Under the pieces are notes generated by a model. That model had not been told where the DNA came from, made no database searches, and worked only from the letters and a program-made list of their open reading frames with translations. Made by a program: the position numbers and the translations under genes. Below, one piece after another: positions 1-11,683 of a stretch of 64,000 nt of DNA; the stretch's first letter is position 1, and each line of letters starts with the position of its first letter. This stretch comes from Lingula anatina (taxonomy: Eukaryota; Animalia; Brachiopoda): NCBI GenBank assembly GCA_051362555.1, contig CM120645.1, forward strand, positions 9,114,001 through 9,178,000, given 5' to 3'.

Positions 1-144
1 ACTTTCACACACGTGTGCTTGGTTTCTTTTAGGTCGACGAGACAAAAACACGGAGTGAGCGCCGAACACAAACCAGAAACAGAGCGGACTTTATATTTTG
101 CAAGAGGTTTACATCACATCTGCCTGCTGTTGAGTGTTTGAGAT

Positions 145-1095
145 ATGCCAGAATTAAGTTTGAACGTTAAAATGTTTCCACTTCTTATTCTGGCTATTTT
201 ACCCATGTTTTCGACGGCGCGGCCGATGTACTCTGAGGAAACAGCTTCAGAGATGGAAAGAGAACCGTCCTTTCTACAATTTATGGTATCAGACTACCTG
301 AGACATTTTAATACACCTGCCGCAGAACGCTTTTCGTCGCAAAGCGCGATGTTGACGAGCACAGAAACACCTGACATTAACTCTAAGGCACAAGGTACCC
401 GGTTACAAGCCATCCTGTCAAATTTAGAGCAAGTGGAAAAGGGTGGTTCTTACAGAAAAAACGACGACGAGCAATATTCCGAGGCAGAGGGTTTTGAAAA
501 AACATTTGACGGCGCTATGCAAAATGATGGAGATTTTGGCAGTTTTGGTAGTATTTCACCAAAGCATAGTGACAATGCCAACTTGAATGACTTCAGAACA
601 AATTCTGTTCCGGATCAAAATTTTCGAACATCCTTTTTTCCTGATGATGTTGACGCTTTCAGAACGTCTTCATCCAGAAACGAAGTTCCTGCGGTGCACG
701 ATGATTATCCGTATAAAAATCCTTCAAAACTCTCGACAAACAAATTTGCCTCTCCAGAGTCCGATTTTGGAGACTACTTTGAGCAATTCCGCCCTGAGCA
801 AAATAATGCAAACGAAGGGCAATTCCACAGCGACCCTGATGACCTCGGATTTGGTTCATTTGGAAACTTTGCAGGGAGCTCAAGTGATAGTGACAGCAAG
901 GGGGTCGACAGCGGTGCCTCTTCATTTGGCGGTTTTGGCTCATTTGCAAGCGATAATGGAATGCAAAGTACAAAATCAGCATCAACAGACAATGGCTTTT
1001 TTGGCGGCTTTGGTGGTGGTTCTTACGGTTCAAAGACAGTGGTAGAAGGCTCCGGAGCAACCCCTATGCAGCAAAATGGGTTTGTAGAAAACTCG
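145..1095 (+). CDS. Secreted low-complexity (D/S/G/F-rich, FGxFG repeats) protein, first coding exon
   Basis: 322-aa ORF with a hydrophobic N-terminus (MFPLLILAILPMFSTA). Upstream acceptor ttggtttcttttag ends at 32. Strong donor TCG|GTGAGT at 1095/1096 (phase 0), so the ORF tail VSMPL is probably intronic. Confidence 0.75.
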
Positions 1096-3461
1096 GTGAG
1101 TATGCCATTGTGAGATCTTATTATCGCAGAATAAGAATTACCTGCAAAATTCAAAGGGTTTCCTCTATTTGATTACAGTTATGTGGAATCCATTTATCAC
1201 AAACTTGATACCTGAGATGCTAAGGTCCTAATGAGAATATGAATCTTGTGTCTGATAAAGCAATATATTTCCATTAGAAGTCTCCGTTTGATTATCTTTT
1301 TGGCTATTTTTTATATACTGTATAAAACAACTTTAACTTAACTGCCTATAAAAATCCAATTAGTAATCTTATTATAAATCGCGCTGAGCATGCAGATCAA
1401 ACTTTCATCTTTCACGACGTAAAATGCAAATGCGTCGAAAGGATTAAGTGGGTGACAATTAAACGTCCTAAATGAATGGTTAAATGTAGATAGCACAAAG
1501 CTGACTAGCCTGTTCGCTGATGCAAATGCCGATGGCATTCCGGAGAATAAATGTTATGACATTTTGCAATACAAAATTGCAATCTAGATATGCAATAACA
1601 TATCAACCATATTTCAAATGCCAAGATGCCTCCACTACTTCCGGATAAGAGCGTAGGTCTGTGAAATTTGAAGTGTTGCTTACTCTGCTAGTTTATAGAC
1701 AGTCTTTTTTTGTAGACAATGCTCCATACGCCTCGTTTCTACTTAATGCAATCAATTCTTTTCTGAAGTGACAAATTAATTCTCTCTCTCCTTCTCGATT
1801 GACCTTTCTCACATACTTGAGAAAGTGCAAAGAAATCGTTTGAAAACTAGAATTTCGACAACTTAATCCCTGTGGTATTTAATTAAGTTGTTCGCGAAAA
1901 GCTTCTTTAGTTTAGCATGAATAACAAGCATTTTCCTGTATATTTTCGAAGCGCTTTATTGACGAGGGTAAAATAAAATATAACTTGCAAGCTAGTAGCA
2001 AACGAATTTGAAATTCCCTAATGGATATTCGAATGAATAACAGATAAAAATTCCAAGAAGTCAATCAAATTATAACTTAAATTACAAAGCTGTTATAATA
2101 TAGTTTATTATATTATATTTTACAAGGTAATGATAATCTGTTTCAGTACAGAAATGAATTGAATTGGCTATTGGCCTCTGTAGTCTATAATATATGGCAG
2201 ATATGCCTGTGTGGCATTTTGTATAAGATCGTAACGTGCTAAGCAAGCGGTGTAATATCACCAAAGATGGTGGGTTAAGTGGTATTTAGCCAAGGGAATT
2301 CACCACCCTATTAGTGATAGATCTTACTATGTGTGCAGGTAAAAGTGGCCAGTAGTTATGAAATACAGACGTGGTAGGGGTGTTCTACCTGTACATCATG
2401 AATAAGTAGAAAAATAAATAGAAGTAAATGAACAAATTAATTTTTAAAGAGAAAGTTAGAGAGAAAAATTCTGCGGGCTTCAAAAACAAGGTTTGGAGAA
2501 CTTGAAAACATAAAAATAGTAAAAAAAAAAACTAGCTTATTTAGAAATTAAACCCAAACAGTTTCGTTTTACATTCATTTTACATTCATTGTGTTAATGC
2601 AATAGAATATCAAGAATGGTAGTCGGCCAGGAACCGTAGTCCGTTTGCTATTGATTTGTACGATTGATATTCGTCCTAGAATATAACCCTGACGCTGGCT
2701 AAAACTAGCCTGTACTCATCATCAGGGAACCCGGATTTCCATTCCTAGGACTACCATTTTTGTCATTTCTGCCATTTTTTTATCGATGCAGACACCACTG
2801 CTCAATACTATTAAGTCGTTAAGGCAAACGGTTTATTAAACGATGTAAGGAATACGAACCACTTGCTATCATGAGGAATAGGCCGGTAACGAAGGAAAAA
2901 AAGTCATACTGAATACTGAGCGAACTCTTCCTCATCTCCAGTAATAAGATTAAAATGCCGTTTCGCATTTTTGTGGTCTACATTTAGGGGGAATCGTTCA
3001 ATCAATGCAACTGACGCTTCTACTAAGACTACTAAGTCAAAAAGTGATAAATCAAATGTGACCGTACATGTATCATCCATACACGCAGAGTAACCGAAAA
3101 GTAAAAAGACATGCTCTAGTTCTTTTTCAAGAATCAGTGTATAGGCCTACATATCCTACTTGCAATTCATTCGTTTGTATCACTGTTTGTAGGTTTTTGT
3201 ACATCTTTCATTCAAAAAGAAATTCCGTACTAAGAAGTTATCAGAATAGCTTAATTGGTCTGGATTATAAATAATTGTGCAAGTTAAGGTTATCAAAACC
3301 ATCATCCAGACCTGCTCAATTTAGCATAACTGAATGAAATGTGACGTACAACTTTTATCCCATCCAGGCGGTACATTTCTTTATAACGATGATCTCATCA
3401 ATAACATCATTTCCTAATAACTACATTTGTTATTAAAAGTCAATCATTATTTCCGTTGCAG

Positions 3462-3611
3462 AAAGACTGCGCTACCATCGACACAAAGACGTGTTCTGCA
3501 GACGACGAATGCTCGTGCCACGGGTTTTACCATTGTTCAGCAGGGAGGTGTAAACTTCACGGGGAGCCCGCCCAATCAGCAGGCATGTACTTTTTACATG
3601 ATATAACATAG
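3462..3611 (+). CDS. Second exon of the secreted protein: 6-Cys module KDCATIDTKTCSADDECSCHGFYHCSAGRCK
   Basis: Acceptor ttccgttgcag ends at 3461; phase 0 matches the donor at 1096; GC-richer than its flanks. It either stops at TAG 3609-3611 or splices at CAG|GCATGT (3582/3583). Confidence 0.65.
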   Translation, partial: KDCATIDTKTCSADDECSCHGFYHCSAGRCKLHGEPAQSAGMYFLHDIT

Positions 3612-4352
3612 TCTGATAACTGACTCTTTTTATACATTATCCTAAGGCAGACAAGACACTTGCCCTCTTTGGAATTCTTTTTTTTTTTAAGGGGAATCGG
3701 TTTAGATCCTAGGGGACGCTTTGCTTCGTTGCACACCCCTCTAAGGATATGGTATCTAATGTACCACTGGTCGTTGAGAAAAGCATTTTATACATAACGT
3801 CATAAGAGGTACACAAGACCAAAAATAAGCTCTCACGTCCTGTTTTCCATGAAAGAACGGAAGAACAGATGTTGTGATAAGATTACCTAATTGTTGGTAT
3901 TTGATGGTTTTGCTTGCGATATGAACCAAATAAGAGTCATAATCAGGCAAATTTTCTTTGTGTGCATGGATATGCCATCTTTTCTTTATATTATAACGAT
4001 ATGTTCTTCCAACAAGAGCTAAAAATCATTATTATTATACCACTCCAATATCCCAATGTCCCAAAAGACACCTTCTTGAGTATGGAGTGAGAGATCACGT
4101 GATATAATAGCCTCTACCCATGATTGCAGCCCCCGTCTCCCACACCCTACTGTAGGCCTATGTCTTATGTATAGGCTATTATAACATCTATAACTCAATC
4201 CTTGATAAACGTGTTTTGTGAGACATTGAAATATTGAAGTGCTACATGTATATTTCAGCTGCTTTTGGAGAAAAAATGGTGTAGCTAAAAAAAAAACACG
4301 GCATAGGGCCTAAGGCACTCAGATTTAGATCTATAGGCCTACTTGGACTGGG

Positions 4353-4598
4353 TTCCCATCCCTAGGTCGATCTAACAGGATCTGTCCATCTCCACATGGT
4401 TTCTCTCTAAATTGCTTTCAGCTTAAGTGGCTTAGATGTCTGGGACGCCTAATAAAGCTGCTAAACTACGGTTAATTACCCCCTATCAGCTTTAGTAAGC
4501 GTGACAGACATCTAAGCCGCTTAAGTTGATTGCAATTAAGTGAGAATTCCCCTGGAGATAGTTCGATCCAATGTTAGTACGACAGTCTCTGGGAATAG
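4353..4598. mobile_element. MITE-like dispersed repeat, copy 1 (same family as 26643-26857)
   Basis: Shares gttaattaccccct, gaca-gacat-taagccg, gtgaga-tcccc and a terminal tctgggaata with copy 2; ends are TTCCCA...TGGGAA inverted. Confidence 0.55.
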
Positions 4599-4627
4599 TC
4601 TCTAACATACTGAAGTTTTGTTTTCAG

Positions 4628-4692
4628 GTCCCACCCCTCAAGGTACCTACGGTCCAGCCCTTCCGGAACATCAGCTCGGCCTCGTGGGTTGA
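4628..4692 (+). CDS. Possible last exon of the secreted protein (GPTPQGTYGPALPEHQLGLVG*)
   Basis: Acceptor gttttgttttcag ends at 4627; GC-rich island; phase 1 matches a GC donor at 3583. Other reading frames are also open, so the frame is uncertain. Confidence 0.35.
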
Positions 4693-7600
4693 ACACACGC
4701 GCTGTTGCCACGAGCAGTGTCGTCAGCATTGCGCCTACGCACAATCATGGCATACGTAAGAAGCCAACATCTCTATTCTTTAACAAAGAAGACAAAAAGA
4801 TGGGTTACTCAACGCCATCTTTACATTCCGTTGATATGTGATACCATATGTGTAATCTAGGGTTATGTTAACAATAATAATAAAAAAACTGAGGTCATAA
4901 TAAGATGTAAATAATACATTATAATGAAGAACTGGCTAGTTATGCTTTTTCAGTGTCATGACCTTGGCGAATTTAACACCTCTGTTTCTACTAGGGTTAG
5001 GCCTACAAATCTGAAAAAAGAGGGTCCAAATTATTGGCTAACATTTTGTCATTTAGTGTCGTTATTCGTCGCATCTTATTCTCATCAGTTGCTATAGATG
5101 TCATATCGTTAACATTGGGTAACCATCTGTGTGTGTTAATATGGCAGCGGTGTAGCTTCCGCTGAACGCTTTTATTTAGAAGTAATTCATCCCGATTAGC
5201 AGGCACAATAAGTTCACCGACACATATCTAGTTGTTATTACTGCACCTGAAAATAGAATGATTATATTAGATTCGTTTTATTAGATATCAAGTTTTGAAT
5301 TAATCTGGAGTAGCCACTTTATTTCTTTGTGATCAATTCATTTTGTTTATCATCGAGTACATGTTGGCATCGGTCACACCTTTTGTCTATCTATGTCATG
5401 TTACTTGCCGTATGGCTATCTATGGCCTGTGGTACTTTTAAAACTGCTCTTATAAATCATACTAAAAATATCACGCTTAGAAATTTGAAATAGTATATGA
5501 TCACCCTAAAACTATCACGCTTTGTATTACGAACAGAGAAAGGCGAACACTAGAACCGTTTGTTGCCTTATCTTTTACGGATGACGGCATGCATTCTTTA
5601 GCGGTCGTTGGCTTGAAAGAAGTGATGTTATTTTATTTGGGCGTGTCTGAACTTCTATCACTAGTAATGAATTGTTTTTGTTTTCCTATTGTGATGAATA
5701 AAATGATGAATTGCAAGGTACTTTTCACTTGGGACTATTAGACTCGAACAGTTATCGCTAATTGCTGCACAGTTGCTTATTTTATACTTAAGAAGAAATC
5801 AACTACCCCTCTACGTTCTAAATTAATCTTTTTGTGCTGCAGAATCAGTTAAGGTTTGTTACTGCATTAAAAGTCGATGCCGTAATGACGGACAAATGAT
5901 TTTTCAGGACAACAAGGGCGTTATCAAGTGTAAGACACAGGATATACAGACGGTTGATAGAAACTAATGACGCATTATTGTTATGGGAGATGTAAGTTAT
6001 CTCCAGTGAATGCCTTGCTTCCCTTGCACACTTAAACATATATTGTTATTTGATAAACGAGCCATTAAGTCTAAGGGTTGATTTGAACATGTTAAAATCG
6101 TGTATGGTATTGAAAAGGCTATTTTAGATAACATACCTAAGCTTGTGCGTGCGTCTTAAGCCAGCTCATGCAAACTTTAATTTTATCTCGGTTTACGTGG
6201 TTGTCAATTGCTATGATAAACACCTATTTTTTACTGTAACATGACATTTGACTAATCGGGTTGAAACCGCTATTTTGCAGAAAGAAAAAAGCGCTATTTA
6301 AGATAAGATCACAATACTGGTGTCGTGTATCAAAAGCCGAACCTTTTCAACAGATTGTTACATATAGAAACACTTACCATTTGTGATATTTGATTTACCA
6401 CGTCGAAACCGTTAACGTTAAAGTAGATGTACTTACATGTTACTTAAGACTCGTCATTCTAGCTCTTCAAGTTTAATTTAGTCATTGTTTGTGGGTTTTA
6501 AATTCTCGGCCTTTTTTATTGTTATCAAGTTGACATCGGTGCAAGTGTACTATACGTACAAATACAATTTCAGAGGAAATGAAGAGCTAAGGTGTTGCCC
6601 CGATAGCACTACTCTTGGGGAAAGTTCTTGTAACAAGCCAGCCTTATGTAATGTGTGGTGCCTGCTTATGTAGTAAGAGATAAAAAAAGACTATTATTGT
6701 ACATACCCTATAGTATGAACAAAGCCAAATTTGATCTCAAGTGACTCGACGCAAATCAATAGTAAATGGCGTGCAAAGAAAAAAGTTTGGTTTATTACGA
6801 AATAAAGTGATATGCCTATGATGGATAACAACACAGAGTTTCAGAACAATTCGATATATTTGCCGTTTGTTTAAGGTCACCACACGCAACTCCATCTGGA
6901 GGGTACATATGTATCACATACAGTATTCCCCGGAGCACGTGCCCAAAATCCACTTAGTATCAAGTTCTATATGCCTTGTTCACTTTCTTCTTTAATTTGT
7001 AATACAATACCTGGTTTCCCAGTGTGTTTTTTTCCCTAGATCTTTTGCATCAGGGTTTATCGTGCAACAAATAACATTTAGCAGTTTTATCTCATATATA
7101 TTTTGCGTTTTGGTATGGCTTGCAAATCTTTTATACTGTTCTGGCCATCCTTTGAGATATGGTCCCAACATCTAAAGTGCAATATGTGTTACCTGTAGCA
7201 GCACATTTCCCTTTGCAAATAAAATTTAAAACCCAACCGAGAGCATTAAAAGCCAGCAAAGGAATCGATTCAGATAAATACATATTTACCTTGCCATCGA
7301 ATATGATTTTAAAACGTTAGTTATCGTGACGGAATTTCCCTATGGTCATCTAGTATCAACGCCGCAAACACGAAACATGACGTGGAAACAGTGAGAAATT
7401 GAAAACGTTACTCCATTATAAAAAGAAAAGACACGCAAGTCGTTTTGGCTTTGCCCCCTTAAATGATATAATCGATACGTTTAGGCAACTAAGCGATGAA
7501 GATACGCATTCTGTTCACCGTTTTACGAGCTATTAGTCCACTTAAGGGTAGTTGACAACATGATGAAATAAAAACTACGAGTACATCATTGTATAAGCCC

Positions 7601-9950
7601 AGCAAAATATTTTGTCACAGGTTTCGTCTTAGGGGAAAACGAAGCAAGCATAGGCCCCTACAGAAAAGTTATGAAGCGCAAGTTTGTTAACCAAATGTTT
7701 TAATTGGCATAGTAGGCCAAAAAATAAACAATGTAGTCAAAATAATTCCCCAATGAGGCTCCACCTCCCCCTCCCCCCTCCCTCCCATGACAAAGTCTCT
7801 TTATAGTTAGAGATGGCAGTCTGTGTGTCTGTGTACATTGTTTTTCTGTAAAACAGGCCGACGCTGTTAAGGCCGAAACGCGCAGTCAGGCTCCGATTCT
7901 GAACCAGATCTCAGTTTAATTACCAAACGCATTGCCAACGTGAACGAAACCTTTTCCAACCTCTGCGAATTGAACAAAACAATGATACGATGTTGACAGT
8001 CGATCGATTCTATCAAATGTCATTGTATTCAGTTTGGCAGACCCGGATGCTGCTTGTCGCTCTCGGCTATGACACACGCACGTGGGCCGTATAACTGTTT
8101 TTCCATTGGAATAACTGAGTGATTGAAATTTAAGCTGGACCGAAGGTGCAGTGACATATGAACCCATCATCGGTCATATCTATCATGTAACAGTAGCAAG
8201 GAAACTGAATTCTTTGGAGGGTTTTAACGAGGGACACGAATTCTATCGTTGTATGAATTGACACGTTTCATAGAGTATCGTATAATCTTGTGAAGAAACT
8301 AAAAGTACACAAGGAATGACATTCCTTTATCAGGCAATTCCCAAGATCTACAATATGAAAACCAAGGAAAAAATACGATTTTGAGGCCTGCTTTGATCAT
8401 GATTTTAATGGATTAAGTCATCAGACAAACTCTACCAATTAAGCCTGTGGTTTTTTATCAATAGGTATCAAAAGAAACCTTCTACTAGCTAGTGGGTTGT
8501 AAAAGTTCAAATTAGTGGTACAAATATACCGCGACACTTTGATCTGAGTTGGCTGTACATTTCAAGGCGGATCGGTTAGTTTCACTTTCGACTTTGGAAG
8601 TGGACAATTCTGTGGGTTGGTTTCCTGGACAGGAAAGCAGCAGCCTGAATGAAATATAACATTATTGCCGTTTATTGTAGCCATTTGAGTGATTTCTTTG
8701 TAAGCAGGATAGAGATAATAACTACTACGTGTATGACAAAAGTGTTTGTATGGGTTTCGTCCATTATGACCATATAGTTACACTGAAAACATTAAAGCCA
8801 TTGTTGCCGTTTACAGGACATGAGCTTAAACAGTATCGAGATATCTTTTTATTTTCAGAAATTATCAAACAGCTTATAGGCATAGGTTATAAAAGAGCAC
8901 ACTTCAAAACAAATAAACAGAAAACTTCAAACGCCCTTTATTTCTATTCTGAAAACTACTTTTTATGTACTTTTATATATTCGTCTTGTGATAAATTTAG
9001 CTTCATATCCCACGTTTGGCTTCAGGTACAGTGTCATTTACAAAGAAAAACCCCAGAGCTTTGTCACAGCCTTTTCACTCACTGACGTCTCGTTGTTATA
9101 TACTTTTCCTAGACAATCAGTTGATATCCGATGAAAACCTCAATTTCGTACAAAAGAATTCCATCTTTACGGGCCCACGGCTCCTGAACTTTGTTACGTT
9201 TCGTGCTTTATCTTCAGTGGTTTTTGACACGCAGTTTCCATCAAAACAGTATTTTATTTGACACCATCACGACAGCTATGGCCTCCATGTTACGCTAAAT
9301 GAAAATCGCAGTTGTGTTTCGCAATAGTTTGACCTTCGCCCATCGTTACATAAGGTTCCGGTTTTATTTATTTATTCATAATTATTATTATTTTATTTTA
9401 TTGGTTTTTTTTCTATTCATTTATTTATTTATTTGTTTATTGTTTTTCAGCATCTGAAGTTCGAGGACTGTTCAGATAGGTTAACGACACGTATCACATG
9501 TCTTCGGTAAAGAATGGAATATGAAACCGTCGTCAACGTGTGGTTTATGCCAATACTGTGGGCTGGGGCAATGACACTTGTAGACATTTGAGATCGACAA
9601 GCGGTTAATTAAATTGACTGAAAAGCCTGAAAATTTAATCACTGAAGCTTAACATTTCAACACACCCCTAGAAAAAAAATCCATTGATTTTTAAATGGGC
9701 TTCAGCATTTGCGCTGACGCCTTTGTGAAAAGAAAATTGCAGCACAAAATAAGTTTTCAAAAAACAAACAAACAAAAAACAAACAAAAATTAAGACATTG
9801 TCTTTCTTAGAATAAAACGGAAATAACATCTTAAAACTGTAAAAAGTCTTCAGCGTCCTATTGTTGTAGCAATTTTATTTATGCAATTTACCTGTACATA
9901 CCTGTACAATCTTCATGGCAACAACAAGAAATATTGTTATACTGTATTAT

Positions 9951-10481
9951 TGTTATAGTGAGAAATGACGACAGCAGTTTGGAGCATTCGAACGTTTATT
10001 CACCGACTCTCTCTTCTTACAACTTCACAAATATTTATACTCAATTTCTCCGTACTGATCACGCATTTACTTGTTTTCTTTTCCATTGTCTTTGCGTGAT
10101 TACAAAATATTTTCTATTCTCATGTTGCAAGTCACTATGCAACATTTCCTTATTAGGTAATCCCTAAGAAACTTGTTTTCAATTAAAGATATCTAAAATA
10201 TTATTTGGATTACTCATGCTTGGACCTTATCCAAAACTCAGCTATCATGTGATAAATAGATGATCAAAATTATTATATGTTATGAAATTAACCAATCACA
10301 TTAACTGTTACTGACTTTGACCTTTTCCATCTTTTTCTGACACTAAAAACATGTTCTACACTTGTTGACTCTTGGAGAAACTTAACTTACACTCAATAAC
10401 TCTTTGTCCCTTTTACTCATTTGATTCCGCTTTAATTATTATCTGTGATTAGTGAAAGTGTAAGTAATTTGCTTTACAACA
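9951..10481 (-). repeat. 3' LTR of the outer Gypsy element
   Basis: tgttatagtg...ctttacaaca; no difference from 22191-22721 seen by eye. Confidence 0.95.
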
Positions 10482-10496
10482 TACACCCCTTCTTCA
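10482..10496 (-). promoter_or_regulatory. Polypurine tract of the outer element
   Basis: Minus strand TGAAGAAGGGGTGTA immediately precedes the 3' LTR start TGTTG. Confidence 0.8.
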
Positions 10497-10625
10497 AAAG
10501 AATTCGTCCTCGAATTCTAAAACTTTACAACATACGCTCCTTTTTCATTTTTTTTAAGCAAAACATATACTAAATAACATAAAATACATAAATTTTCAAA
10601 AAAATTAAATGATAAGGTCACATAT

Positions 10626-11166
10626 TGTTAAGTCTCAATCTTCGTCAGTTAGACTTTACGGGAAAATAATGTAACGTTCGTTAACGCGCCGGTTCTTGGG
10701 CCTTGTTGTTGTGCGCCCAGCTGATCAAGTCAAATGAACAAGATTCTCTTTTGATGCACGTGGAAATTTAATACGGTCTGTTGGAAAATATACATAGGTT
10801 TCGTTTACATAGTAACTAGCAGTCCAAAAGGTATAACGATACCGTCAAAGCCAAAATACGATATGTCCTCATCTTAGAAGAGGGCAGCCTTTATAGATCA
10901 TTCAGGAATTTTAATAATTCAGGAAGAAATACACTTGACTGAGCGCAGTCCTTTCGTCTCCGGCTCTGCCTCCACTCAGTCACCGTGTTTCCTGGATCAT
11001 TTTTACCCCTCCCAGCCTTCAAAGGCATTCCTGAATTTTATCTCAGGTCACAATCATTCCCGAATGTCTATTGACTGTCCCCTTCTAAGTTTATCTTAAG
11101 ATAGGAATATTATTTTAATTTTAAGTATTTACGTCACTAATAAAATACCCAAAGTGGTATTTTACA
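10626..11166 (-). repeat. 3' LTR of the nested element
   Basis: tgttaagtctc...ggtattttaca; no difference from 13925-14465 seen by eye. Minus-strand TATAAA near 10891-10896. Confidence 0.95.
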
Positions 11167-11683
11167 CCACTATACTACCCACCGGTTGAAATGTTCACAT
11201 TTCAACTACAAGGAATTAAAATAATATGTTAAATATGCTTAAATAACGTCCACTTTTAAAATTCTTCCTACTAAGTATCCATCTTATCAAATGTCAACAT
11301 GAAATGCAATAAAAATTATTTCTAATCTTAACACAAAATTTTATCACAATAATATTATATTAAGGTTACATGAACGTAACAAATCAGCTAATGACATCAG
11401 ATAGCTTATTATCTATCGCAAAATAAGTATACACCTTAACCTTAAGTAATAAACATAGAATCATAGATATAAATATAATGTATTAAAGTAACCAACATTT
11501 GTATACCCTTGAATTGTAGTAATACTAATTCAACACTCAGATATATGTACAAATAGTGCATATCCGCTTCGTGATTATGGTATCAATTAAACTTTTACCG
11601 TTAATTGACAAATTACTGTACGGTATAACATTATACCAAACAAATACACCTTGAAAGGTAAACCCCATGTTTAAACCAGACCC

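Noticed and set aside
9934-10167. Identical short ORFs at 9934-10167 and 22198-22407
   Set aside because: They lie antisense within the two LTR copies; identity reflects LTR duplication, not a gene.
10626-11166. Retrozyme (hammerhead in the LTR of a non-autonomous element)
   Set aside because: Hairpins are present but I found no CUGANGA...GAAA core in proper context on either strand.
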